A program made the position numbers and the translations under genes. A stretch of 64,000 nt of DNA. It comes from Schizochytrium sp. TIO01. Lineage: Eukaryota; Protista; Bigyra: Labyrinthulomycetes. The notes under the pieces are model-generated. The model worked only from the letters and a program-made list of their open reading frames with translations, was not told the DNA's origin and searched no databases. The number at the start of each line of letters is the position of its first letter. Position 1 is the first letter of the stretch. Where the stretch lies: contig SMSO01000014.1 in NCBI GenBank assembly GCA_004764695.1, positions 5,942,029-6,006,028 on the forward strand, written 5' to 3'. This document shows, piece by piece, positions 23,722-36,900 of the stretch.

Positions 23722-24391
23722 AAAAGCAAACAGACAAGAACTTGACTTTGCCTTTTATTCTTTATTTATTTATCCTTGTGCCCAAATTACGCCTCTTGCT
23801 GGTCTCTTCCAGGCTCAGCGGCACAAGAGCACGACCAGTACCGCGCTTGGCCACCCGACCCTACCCCCTTCCTGCTGCTTCAGTTCGGTTCGCTCCTCAT
23901 TGATTCCGTTGTCCTGCTCTCGTTTCTTCGGCTGCTGCCTTGGTTCTTCCTTGGATTCTTTGGATTCTTCAAGCCAGCCGCTTTCATTTTCAATTCCACG
24001 ATACATACATACATACATAGATAAACAAAATAATCAGATAGATGAGATAGATAGATAGATAGATAGAAGCTTTCTTTCGAAGAGCTCGTTATTGTTTAAC
24101 TGTGTATTCGTAAGTAGTTTCTCTCGTGTCTTTGTAGGCCATGCTACTTACTCTACGAAGAGGCATGCATTTTCGAACGAAAGTAGAAATGAAGGGAGGT
24201 GTTCTTTCCCTTCGCTTCGAGTTTTATGCGAAACGATCGTCAGAAATGTGCCCATTTCCCATCCTGGCGCACTGAGCGCATCGGCCCAAAGGAAGGACAA
24301 CCTTTCGTTACTTTACTTCTTTATTACCCCTATTTCGCACGATTGTTAGCCGCGGCGCTGTTATTTTATAATCAATTTCATTAAAATAGAA

Positions 24392-24450
<59 letters not shown>

Positions 24451-24489
24451 TAATAATAATAATAATAATAACAATAATAATAATAATAA
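24392..24489. repeat. (AAT)n microsatellite, ~32 units with two AAC variants
   Basis: Directly visible. Confidence 0.95.
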
Positions 24490-27400
24490 AGAGGAGTAAG
24501 GCGGAAGGAACTTCTACTAATACATTCGTAGGCACTGTCTCTGAAAAGAGAACTAACTCTTCGAATTTAATGAAAAGCATATGATACTGAAAGCAACCCG
24601 TTTGGCCCTTTTGAACCTTCCAAACTCTCGTTTTGCACAGTAAGTAGGTGCTATTGCACCCCTAGCAGCATTTACTCTCTTCCAACTCGAAGATCTAACG
24701 ATACCTCGCTGAGCTAGTGAGGTACCTCCCTCCCTCCCTCTTATCAGGTTTTATTTTCGAAGGCTCAAAACGTTCTTTTCCTTATAAGTCGAAATTTGTT
24801 GTAGTGTTATGCACCCGGCCGTGAAGGCTCTGCTAGAAAAGAAAAGGGCAATCAAAAGAGGCTCCTTGAGGTACCTTCGGTAGAATTTAAAATAAAAACT
24901 TATATACATATATATTAAAAGCATTTCCTTTAAATAAATAAATGAATAAATAAATAAATAAATAAATAAACAAATAAGCAAACAAATATTTGTTTAAAAT
25001 AAAACCTGAAACTATAACATTTTAGTACCGTCGTAGTGTAATTTTGTGGATCGAGCGAAAGCATAATTCTGCAGCAGAAATCCGTGTACTTCTGGAGTCC
25101 AAGTGCAGCACTGCGCCGACACGTGGGACTGCAGCACCTTTTTCACCAACAATCATGCCTCAAAGGAGGTGCCGGTGCGGTTCGGGACGGCTCCAGAATA
25201 TTCGTTTCGAACGAAGCCCACTCAAGGAAACGAACAACTCGAGATACATACATACATATATACATCGATAGATTCATGAATAAATAAAGAAAGAAATACC
25301 CATTCCCAATAACCCATTATCTATCCACGAAGAGGTAGCCTAAGAAAGAACACCAAAGACTTTCATTCTATCTATATATATATATATCTATGTTCGTTTC
25401 TATGTTGTGCACGGGCAGGAGAAGAAAAGAACGGAACACGTGCGCGCCTCCCTATGACTTCCTTAGGACCTACGGTAAGCAAGTGCGTGTGCACTTGAGG
25501 TCTCGATGGATGAGATGATTGTAGTTTTGAGAGGCTGCCTGCTCTTCGGGATCCTATAGAAGCCGAGGGTTTTATTCCTTCTTGTACGCTCTGTGATGCC
25601 GGTGCAAGGCTCTCTGAGGATGCCCGAGCAGCAAAATTGTGTGCCAAAGGGGCGCTAGAGACCATGTTTTTCAGCCGTGAGCTCTTCTCTGCTTCTGGAT
25701 AATAATCGAGAGCGGCCGGATCAGCGCTGAGAATCCCACACTCGTAGGTTTCAATAAAGACACGTTCCGTTCCCTTTTGGACTGGTGGCTGGAACCTCCG
25801 GTGGTGAGTGAGAACTTACGCAAGCTTTAGAGATCATCCAAACTACACTTAGAAACTTCAAACTGCACTTAGAAACTTGAGCGTCAAGCTGCTGCGAGGA
25901 TGCGGCGGTGCTCGCATGACTTCACTAGGAGGCTGCCTGGCGGCTGCTATTTGGTAGGCCTGGTTTGATTGCAGACAAGCGGCCTTCAGAGAGGCAGCCC
26001 AGAAGATAGATGGGCCAGCGGCCGTTGCCACCACTAGTTACAGGCAATGAGGTAGTTGATGTTATCTTACACAATGATATTGTTGTAAATTAATATCAAC
26101 AAGTTGTTGTTGGCTTTCAATCGTCGATGATTGTTGTTTGGTTTCTGTGGATAAGGACATCAGTTCAAGTATCTTGCACCCTTCCATGGATTGCTAGCTA
26201 GCTTTCGCAGGGATCTTCTTCTTTGTGCACGGTTTGAGCTTCCGCGATGTTCCTGCTGCACATCGATGCTTATGAGCTCAACGCTTTAGAAGATGAACTT
26301 TAATGGAGATACTGATGGATTGATTCCTTTGATGAATGGTCTTTTACACAGCCACGGAAAACGTTGCTGCGATCATTTTCATGGAGTTTGGTTTGAATTT
26401 TTACATAAATAAGATTAGAAAGCCGGTCAATCTCTCATTACATTTAGAAGTTACCTGAGCAACTTCAGCGGCACCATGCCGTCCGTATCCAGCTCCAGCT
26501 CCTCTGGCGAACTACCTGTTTCATATAGCCTAATTTGTCCTGGAATTTCGCCTGAAAACAATGTAACTTGTAAATACAACGAAAGAACTTTTGAAACGAT
26601 CTGAAAGAAAGAGCGCTGAGATTTCCAATTTCCAAAGCAGTTTTAACTTGCATGGAATTCAGTTTATAATGATCGTCAAAAATCGCGATCGAGGTTCTGA
26701 TGTCAAGACCGTGTAGAAGGTAAGCTGCAGACAGAATATGGAACCACGACTAGTACTATTAGTTCTTAGGCCAGGTTCAATTAAGGTTGCAGAAATAGCG
26801 CGTATCCCTGCCTCCACGTAGCACTGCAAAAAGGAAACACAAGGGAGAAAGTCCTCGAGATAGGATCTCTCACTCAGCTTTGAAAACCACGGGATAAGAT
26901 TACGGCGATCACCGTGGATACCTTCTTCTCCTTGATGCACAACATTCGCAGAGATATTTTAACCAATCCACAAAGTCGCATTCCTTGCGATGACCTTTGT
27001 GAAAGCACTTGGAGGTGTCGGCTCTTTGTTTGATCTATGGTCATTTATATATGTTTCAAGGTCAACTCGTCACTCAGTTCTGCGGGTCTGCAGAGGAACC
27101 GACCATTCAAGGTTCCGGAGTTCATGGTTTCGAAGTTAATCAGGCAGGCACCCATGTCTTTGCAATCAAGGTTTTCTTTCTTTCAGGTCTTCTTGCGGGT
27201 GCGCCGAGGAGGGAGGTTCTTGGCCAAATCTTGAAAGAGCTGTCTTGATCGAAGACAAGGATCCAAAGCCGCTTGACGATCCCGCAATCCTTGCCCTGCA
27301 ATTCGCCTTGAGAGCGATTCCAGGATCTCTCAAAAAAGCCAACAAGCAAAGGCAAATGTCCAAAGCCTCAAGATCCATCCTCTCAGAGCCCTCAATCGAA

Positions 27401-30400
27401 ATCGATCATCCGTTCAGCAGCCAAGAACGGCACTCGGACTTTGTTGCGCACGTTCAACGTGCTGGAAAGCGCAAGAAAACACACACGCACATACGCACGC
27501 GCTCAAACAAAGGTCATCCATCGCTCTTTGTTGTGCGCCTGTACGTACGCAGGTCTGGGCCCATCCTTGGTCTTTCCAGCCGCCGGCGTGATCGGCGCCG
27601 CGCGCTGCTTTCCTTCCCGCCGCCTCTTCTCTGTCTGTCTGCCATGGTTCTGCGCCGGCTCGCGCGAAGTCGCGGTTCGCCGCTTTTGTGCGAAGAAGCG
27701 AAGTTTGTGTTACTTACTGAGTTGGGAGTGTGCTTTAAGTGCTATCTATGATTGGGAGAACTAACCACTTTGCCTTCGAAGTTCTTCTTGTTTGAAGAAC
27801 GGAGGGGAAAAGAACGGTGGACTGCTGTGGTTCATTTAGCGCAGGATCCTCCCAGAGCTTCTGGGTTGATGGATGGATGGCCTCTGCCAAAGCTGTACTC
27901 GGAAAGGATCGCTCACGCTTGGCAGGTCTTCGAGTTTGGGTGTAAGAGGAACGTCAGGAGGTCAAAGGAAGGAGAGCCCTGGAAGATCATGAACCATGAA
28001 GAGGTTTACTATCTCGTTTCTTGGTTCTTGTTTTTTGTTTTTTTGTTTTAAAAATTATTGTTTAATTTCATAATTTGGAAAAAAGAAAGAAACAGAGCGA
28101 AAAAAGTAAAATAGAGATAGAAATAGTTATATCGACAAGGAAAAGAAAGAGGCGAACTTGCATTCACAGTTGAGTTGAATCCCCGAACCTGTGACTTCAC
28201 CTTCCTTTCCTTTCCCCGTCTTCTCAAATCAGGCCTCGTGAATCGCAAAGCACTCGCACCGCCCCAGATACGGAGAGAGGGCATGCATGCTTCAATAAAA
28301 ACTGGACATTAATACACCGACTATTATTTTATTATTTTATTATTGTTTTATTTTATTATTGTTTTATTTTTTATAATAATAACGTTTGAGAATCACAATT
28401 ATGGAATATAACAACTACAACAGTATATTGAGGCGCGGCACTTTTTCCGCCGAGGTCTCGCTCCTTGCCATGCGCGCGCCGCTGTTTCTGAGCGCGCATC
28501 GACGGTGTTTGGATACCTGGATACGATGCTCATCGTGGGCAGGAAGCTCTCAGGCAGGCGGACCCCGACGGCTCGTGCTGCGGCGCCTGAGTTCTTCAGC
28601 GCTGAGTGACAGTGTGTACAACATTGGACGGGATGGATGCCTGAGTTCTGCCAAGATGCCGGAATAGCCGTGGGTCGTCGACGGGAAGAGATACCTGCCT
28701 TGGCTTGGCTTGGCTTGGCTTGGCCTTGCCGTGCCTTGCACAGACATCTATGCACCTGTGCTGCTTGTCTGCTTGGCTGTCCAAGTTTAGCTCTCATTCC
28801 GCTTGCGTCGTGGTGATCGGCTGCTCTGGTCTGCTCTGGTCTGCTCCGGAAAGGCGGCTTCGTTCGAGTCGGCCCAGATGGCCATGTCCATCGGCAGCCG
28901 GCAGCTCCATAGCTGACCACTCACGAGAACCCGCGCCCTGGGATCTAAGAAGATAGTCCCTGCGTACGCTGTGTCGTGAACTTCGAAGGGCGAGATCCTC
29001 GCTCGCTTCTGTTTGAGCACAAGGGCGGTCCTGGCGAAGGCCGCACGGGGTCTGTCCATGCCGCTGCTGGCTGTCACGAGGCCCGCCTGCCCACTGCTCG
29101 GGCGGCGTCAAGGATCGCTGCGACGATTCCACTCCCCAGAGGCTCGATGTCGAGCAGACCAGACCGACCGACCCTCTTTCCGTGCTGCACCGGCAGCGCT
29201 GCGGCGGCGTGACAGAATTTCAAGGCCGGCCAGATCTTCATCCGCGGGCCCTTCGCTCCACCCGTCTGCATGCGAGCCCGACCGAGGCCACCTCTTCCGG
29301 AGCTCTCCTGCTGCTGCTGCTCCCGCTGCGTCGCGATCGAACCTACCGTCGAAGCGATCTCGAGCGCAGGAGGATGGCATGATGATGGCTGCCACCATCG
29401 CGAACCTGCCCGTTGAGGTCACGGTCCGTGGCTCGTCAGGACCAAGGCCGTGGAAGCCAATCACTCACTCACGCACTCACTCAATCGATCGACCGACCAC
29501 CTGCCGACGACGCCGAGCGAGCCGGAGCAAACGTTCTGCCTCGCAGCGACTTGCAAGCTCAGCATGAATCGCCTTCAAGACGTTCTGGTGCCGCCTGCCT
29601 CTGCCTGGGTATCCATCCATCCATCGGTCCACCTGGATGTACGACTTCACCGTGGCCATGACTCGAGAGTCCGTCTATCTCCATTCCAGCCTTATCTCGA
29701 GGAAGACCCTTCTGCAAAGCCGTCTCCGTGGCGCCTTCGTGGCTATTTATTGGTGCTTGCGTGCTTGCTTGCTTGCTTGCTTGCTTGCGTGCATGCATGA
29801 ATGCATGGATGCATTGCAATTTGCATGTCTTCATGCACCTGATGGCTGATGGTTGGCACGATGCGCACGCATTTCGAGAAGGGTTTCCGGGCGGCGGATT
29901 TTCTAGCTGACTTGATCAAACGCGCTCCTGCACAAGTCCAAACAAAGGTTCTGATCTTCTTCGCCACATACATTCACATACTACAACGATCTCTTCGTTC
30001 AAGTTCTCCAGAGCAATCTGGATATTTATTTGCAAACGAGCTCGACATCCGAGTTGGCAATCAATCAATTAACTAATCAATCATCACCTGAAAAACCTGA
30101 CCTCAGATCAAAGTCGAAGCGCTTTCAAGGTTGGCTTCGAGCAAAGGCAATCGACGCAGAGGGTCCTTTCCCACGCGCCAGCTGAGTCCACTGCTTCGAG
30201 GGATGTAATGTATGTACGAAAGTAGTGGCTTTCCAAGATACAGCACAAACTCAGTCGCTTCCTCAGCTGCTCGCTCCAACCGATACCCAAATCGATCCAG
30301 ATCAACAAGAGCTAGAACACATCATCTCTGTCAGCCATAAAGTCAGCTCTGGGCCCGCTGCTTTCTAACAAGCAAGCGAGAGATCCCAGACTGACCTTGA

Positions 30401-32508
30401 GCGAGAGAGTGGATCGGCGAAGACTGTGCCGGCTCAAGAACGAACGAACGAATCGCCGATCGAACAAACAATTAACAATCAAACAACTTTGAATCAAACA
30501 ATCAAACAAACGATCGAAGCAATCGCTACTACTTACAAAAATAACAAAAATAAACGCGCTGACTGTTTGGCTGCCTGCCGCCCTCCCCGGCCATGGTAGG
30601 AAGTTGCCTCGGGTTCCCTCTGTTACGCTACCAGTCGCTAACGGGTTACATAGCACTCACTACCTCGCTCCCGTTGAAGAAGAAGCGCAACAATATTTTG
30701 AAATGGTTTATTACCGTATCTGCTAGGGAGTCTATAAGGACACCTAGCAGTAGTCCTGGCCCGAGGGCGGCCAAAATCGTCTCTCGAAATCTGGCTGAAA
30801 GCGCAGCACGAGGACACATGCTCGAGCTGTTGGTGGAGATAAGATCTGCATGGTTCCGGGGTGGCCATCAGAATGTTTTGTGGAGACTGATTACGGATTC
30901 GGAGGTGGGTGTAGCTCTTCAGCGCGCAGGAATTGAAGGGTTATTTTGGCGAAGTTCAATGAAAACTTGCACTCAGGATGGCCCCCTCCCTCTCTTGAAT
31001 AAAGATGTACCAAAGTAACTAAATATTTTTTTAATTAAAAAGAAAAAAGAAAAACATTTTAAACCTAAATAATGCCCAAAGCTTTAATTTATTTTATTTT
31101 ATTTTATTTTAAATATATATTTTAATTTTAAAAATAATAATACATATTTATACGGGCCGTATGATTTTTAAATCTAAAAAGGTTTATATCTCTACAGCAA
31201 GAGGAGAACAACCAGAGTTAAAAAAAAAGTATTCTCGTAGCCGTCGACTCAGGAAAAACAAACATAACCCAACCTTATACATAAAAAGTGGTAGCCTCGT
31301 GTTCCCCAATTCGATCAATCCTGCCCAGTGCCATCTTCCACAGAGTAGACCGCAGACATCTGTATTACGAAGACACAAACATGAACATGGAATTTATACA
31401 AGTGGTTCAAGATACCCATCGATGACGCCTCTTTTACTCTGAGGTCAACACTTGACCAAGGCAAGGACAGCGGCGGTCCGTCCCAGGGCGTTCTGTTCGT
31501 TCCCTGTGGATTCCCTCCGATTCGAGCAAAGGCCACTCCGCTCGTTTCGGTCAGGTGGCCAGCGCGTAGTACCTCTTGGAGAGTGGAGTAAATGCTGTAT
31601 CCTTTGGGTGGACCTGCGGATCGTGGTTCGAAATTTCTTCGCTTGTCGAACGAAAGTCTTTTCGGAGCCGCTGAGTCGTAAGGTTATTGATTTCCAGCGT
31701 TCAAGCCTCTTTCTTTTATCTTTTCCATTACTGTCATATCCTAACTATCGATTGAATTCCCACCAGAAAGAAAGATCTTATTACTAAAATTATTTTGACA
31801 GAAATACAACTTAAAACTAATAGATGATCAAAGGGGGGCAAAGGAAGACGATTGTGCCTCATCTTTGACTTGACTTGGCAAAGAGAGATTGCAGAAGAAG
31901 ATGCGAAGAAGCAGAGCAAAGAAATACAGCGCAACTTGAACGAGTGCAAGAGTATGTGCCTTCTGCTACTATTCCCATCAGGACTCAACGATCTCTCTGG
32001 GAGCAAGCGTTCCTCAAGATTGGCTTGAGTCTCTCCTCTCAGTCTCGTTTGTTGTCTGCAGCTCGATAGCCTGCGCTTCCTCAGCAGCGAGCGAGCGAGC
32101 GAGCCAGGTCTGTAAGTTCTTTGGTATTTGTTTGTTTCTGTTCTATCATCGATGCCCCAATGTTGTCCTCAAGAAAACGAAAGGGTCTCTGCCCGGTTCA
32201 AAGGCTCTTCTGCGCTACGCGGAAACATCCCAGAGCAACCCCACAATTGGTCCCGTCTCCAGCAATGCAAGCTTTCCTTTGCCTCAGTTCTGCCTGCCCG
32301 ACTTCGTCTTTCAAAGTCAGCCTGAAACATGGTCTTCTGAGGATTAACACGGACCATCCGCAATCCAGGATGAAGTGAAATCTTTGGCGTGGATGGATCT
32401 TCGTGCCAGGGCCCTGAAGAACGGCTTTGGCGACAACTGAGGCACACCTGCTGCAGGCAGGAGCTCATGGATATGCAACTTTGAAAGGAGCAGCATTCAA
32501 CCACGAGT

Positions 32509-32610
32509 TGTAGCGCTTCTCTTCTGAGTTGGCCCAACAGTCGATCATTCGAGGTTGAAATGTAGCGTTTCTGAGTTGGCCCAACAGTCGATCATTCGAG
32601 ATTAAAATGT
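32509..32610. repeat. 47-bp period direct duplication
   Basis: ttctgagttggcccaacagtcgatcattcgag at 32522 and 32569. Confidence 0.9.
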
Positions 32611-33378
32611 GGGATTACAATTGTCAAGGGCGACGGACGAATGAAGAGGGTTACATCAGCAGAGCAGCCCAGTTGACTGAAGAGCATGTGCTCTCCGTCG
32701 CTTTTGTTGTTTGCGACGATGGCTAGACGACCCGTCTCTGTTTTGTTCTGTTGCGTTGCATCTGCTCGAGCTCAGTCGGTGAGCTGGCAGTGTTTGCGCA
32801 ACAATTTTGCAGATGCCCGAAATACTGGACATCTTCGATAGCAAGTCGGTAACTTGCTTGGTCCACGATGCATATTGGTTTTTAAGTTGATCTGCGCCTA
32901 TTTATTATTTATTATTTCTTCTATGAATGGAACAAGGGGGTTCAATGAGAAGCGAAGCAGAGGCGTCATCAGCTTGGGTTTTCGACATGATGATGATAAT
33001 GCCAAAGCCTCGGTGAGGCTTTATCTCACTTGCAACTCTTGCAAATACTTGCCTCGGCCTCGCTGGCCAAAGTTACAAACCTCCTCTCTTTTATAAAGCT
33101 CCCTTTTATAAAGCCCATAAGCACAGCTACACGCTTTTACCATTATCTTTCGATCCGTGAGAACGATGCATCTGGGTATAACGCGAGGATCGTTTTTGTA
33201 CTTCGAGTTTGCAATCCTAGTCTCCAGGTGCTACAATCAGTTGCACCAGCACATCTTTATATTAGAAAAGCCTTGGCACCACCTCGTGCCTGCTTGTCTG
33301 TTTACCTACCTATCAGCGCCCTCAACAACTCCATAACTCCACTGTAGATCGCTAGATCGCTCGCTTGTGTCTAGATTG

Positions 33379-33379
<1 letters not shown>

Positions 33380-33409
<30 letters not shown>

Positions 33410-33426
33410 CTTCTTCTTCTTCTTCT
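33380..33426. repeat. (CTT)n microsatellite
   Basis: Directly visible. Confidence 0.95.
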
Positions 33427-33878
33427 GTTTCTCTCCTCAACCTTCATTCGCTCTGATGCCCATAATCTCGAGCCGCCTCATCCATATGAATAACTACGTG
33501 GCCTCCCTGAGGCGCACCGTGGGTCGCGTTGCGCTTGCTTGGAATAATCTCGCTCTTGAAAAGGATTCCAGTTAGCACTTTTCCAGGATGGTTTCCCTGA
33601 TTCGCAATCGACCTCTTCGCAGATGAATCTGCGCGTCAGAGATGGTACCGAGGAAGGGAAAGGCGATGGCGGTGAGGCAGTAGGCGCAGATAGCATTGGT
33701 GGAGCTGCAGTCAATGGCTTGGCTCAAGTCGCGAGCGAGTTATAATTGGATTCATACCTTGCGCCGGGAGGGTCTGCCGAGAGATGGGGTCTGGGACTTT
33801 GCGAGCGAGCTCGAGCAATTCACAGCGAGGTTTGAGAGAAGTGAGGTGCTACTTATTGAGGCGAGCGAGCGAGCAAGA

Positions 33879-33950
33879 AATGAATGAATGAATGAATGAA
33901 TGAATGAATGAATGAATGAATGAATGAATGAATGAATGAATGAATGAATG
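33879..33950. repeat. (AATG)18 microsatellite
   Basis: Directly visible. Confidence 0.95.
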
Positions 33951-36900
33951 GCTGGCTGGGCTGAGAACATGGGTCGCCAGGCTCTTCGATTTCTGAGAGA
34001 GTGTGAGCGAGTGATTGCTGGGCACGCGCTGATGCTGTCGGGGGTGCCTGCAGGCTGCTCCAGCTTTTTAGTTGAGAGGCTGATTAGATTTTGGCAATTT
34101 AATTGCAGCAATCTAAGCTTAGTGTCTAGTGACGATGCTGGTGGTGCCTGAGCTGGAGCTGCGAGACCTCGGTGGATGCTAAACTTTCTTATGAGATTCA
34201 TCGAGGAACTTACGGCTTGTCTCGATGGAGCTCAAGCTTGCTGCATCATCAGTGCTCATGATCGACTTGACGATGGCGTGGGCTAGCTTTGGGATGCAGA
34301 AAGTCACTCTATGAAGCAGTTCATCTGTTGTAGATCGATCTGCCCAGATTTAGCCCCTCATCATTCAACCCACCTCCTCCTACTACATGTAATATCCCAT
34401 TTTTAACATCTGTTTTCAATTTAATTTTTTTCATTTTAAAATAAAAAAGATGAAAAAGAAGAACTTAGATGTAATGTGAAAGTGGTTTGTTTCAGTCTAA
34501 CATCGTGTCTGGCTCGAGAAGTTTGACATCTCACGCCGATCGGCCACATGGCAATCGATATGTTGTGCTGGCTGCATGGGTCCCGCCGAAGCACCGGAAT
34601 CATCGTGACGACGATCTCAGTAGGAGGGCGTCTGCGATCAACTTTCTTTGTCTGTTTCAACTCAGCCAATAATCTCACTGTTTTGAACCATCTTCCCACA
34701 TTTCGCCAGGAACATTGGAGGAAGTTGCGCGAAAATGAACTTAGTTCCGTTCTTCAAGGGCACTATTTGCATCATAGTCAGTTTCCTGTGTCTCTTGGAG
34801 ACAGATATATCCTCCAATGCCAACAATGCACTCTCCCTCCGTACCTGATCTTTGCATACTCTGCGTCGCCCAGCCAGTTCTGCATTCGCGCCGTCCTCTG
34901 TCGCGGCGCCGCGGAGAACTGAGTGGAAACACCAACAAAAACAAGCAGTACATCGTTTTCCAATGAACAACAGGAATAGATATTTTCATTTTCCGCCTTG
35001 TAACTTTCATTTTATTTTAGCTTTCAAATAACCTGCTAATTATTTCATGAATACCTTTTTTTATTATTTTTTAAATTAAATTGGAAATGAATTAAGTTAG
35101 AACAAAACCACAAACAATTTAGAATGTGCGCCAGTGCGGCAAACTTTCATTGTCCACAGAGCTTCGAGGCGTCGCAGAGACCCCCAAAGCAACGGCCGAC
35201 CATATGCTCTGAGCCGCCTCGGGGCCTTTTATTCAAAGAGCCTCTCCAGGCAGGCAGACGCGCGGCTTCTGCAACCATGTTACACCACCTCCTATGCCTT
35301 TTACGTTTGTTTGGCTTGAGTTTTTTACCCAAGTTTAAAGATTTTATTTTACCTCAGTGCCCCTCAGAAGCTAGCTAGCTAGCTAGCTAGTTAGCTAGCT
35401 CTATAGTGAGAGTGTTCCTTTTAGGAATCGCCACTTACTTTTTTGCTTGCTTACCTACCACCTGCCTAGCTTGTCATAGGCACTGCTCGTTCCCATTCCG
35501 CCTCAATTCTTCTGCAGTTCCCTTGGCAAAACCGACATGCCTGTGGTTGCTCACTTTTAAACTAGCTAGAATAATTTTTTATGTTTTATCTTTAAACAAT
35601 AAAAGAAGATGAAGACCTTGGAGTTGTGACGATGCTAAAGACAGCGAAGCAGCCAAGTCGACGCAACGGAATTAGCTTTGACCAGGGAAGGGCGGAGTAG
35701 CTGCTCACTATCAATCGGCCGCGGAGATTGGACTCGAACTGAATGGGTTATCGTTCCGCAAAGATGCCACTTGGTCACAAGTACAAGTTGATTGCAGGAG
35801 TGGGCGGTATCAGAGGCCCTTGAAGTACTACGTACTCGTACTGTCTTTTCAATCATGTTACTCGATCTTTCTGTATTCTCCTCAAAAATAATAAAGTAAA
35901 ACATAAACATAAATTTGTTGACCAAAAACCCCTTTTCTCATTTTCATTTTTATTTTCTGAAGAATCAAGACTGTAAAGCTGTTACTATAAGAATAAAAAC
36001 CAACAAAGGGAAAATGTTTAGTCGAGGCATGACTTCTGAAAGCGAATGACAAAAGCAAAGTTCATGATGAGATAGTGCCATGAGTATCGTCCTCTTCGAG
36101 GTGTGCAGCTTTCAAGTTCGTGAAGAATCGGCACCCTAAAGTCTGAGACAGATTACACATTTATCTCTCGTGTTAACCAAATTACCTCTTCGAAATGTAC
36201 TACACCTTAGATTCCTTAATAACCTTCCCGCCAAGCCTTGCATTGCCTTGCCTTTTCGAAGGGGCAGAAACGAGGCGCACCCGTGGTTTCGAAGGCCTTC
36301 CTTGGAAACGAAAACGTTCCCTCTCTTTTAGGTTGCCGATAGATCTTCGCTGCCTAAGATAAGTTCACTTGGACCGTTCATCGTCCTGGCAGAGAGAAAT
36401 GATGTGATGCGTTTCTTTTCAGGTGCTTGAGTTCGTCGGAATGTAGTCGATGACCTATGAAATGCGAAGAGGCCGCGTTATATAAATTCACTCATTTGCT
36501 ATTGCATTTGGGCATTTATTTGTCTTGTGCAGAATTACACCTCAACAGGAAAGCATTAGATTTGAGCTCCTCCGTAACAGAAAGTTCGACGAGGGCTGCG
36601 TTTCTTGTTTTGCAAATGGCCCAACTCCGGATCCTGATTTTGCCATCAAGAATTCAGGCTTGCGCAACCTTGCAATCCTGGTCTCGCCATGGACCAAGAA
36701 ATCGCAAAGCGTCGCTCTTGAAGATCTTCCGCTTCGGCGAGCTTCAGTCTAACCCCGCACGGTATCCCATCTATTATCCAATCGGCGAATGCTGCGAATG
36801 CTGGAGCAGCAGTATTCTACCGCCGTTTCCGCCATCCCGCACGGAGATAAAAGATAAGATAAGTCAAGTTAAGGCACCATCGCCGCATGTGCCTGTTTCC

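Noticed and set aside
23098-24580. Poly-SN, poly-FK, poly-LN and poly-I ORFs
   Set aside because: Produced by stop-free microsatellites.
29590-29690. WMYDFTV as a carotenoid-oxygenase MHDF motif
   Set aside because: The catalytic His is absent and no other family motif was found.
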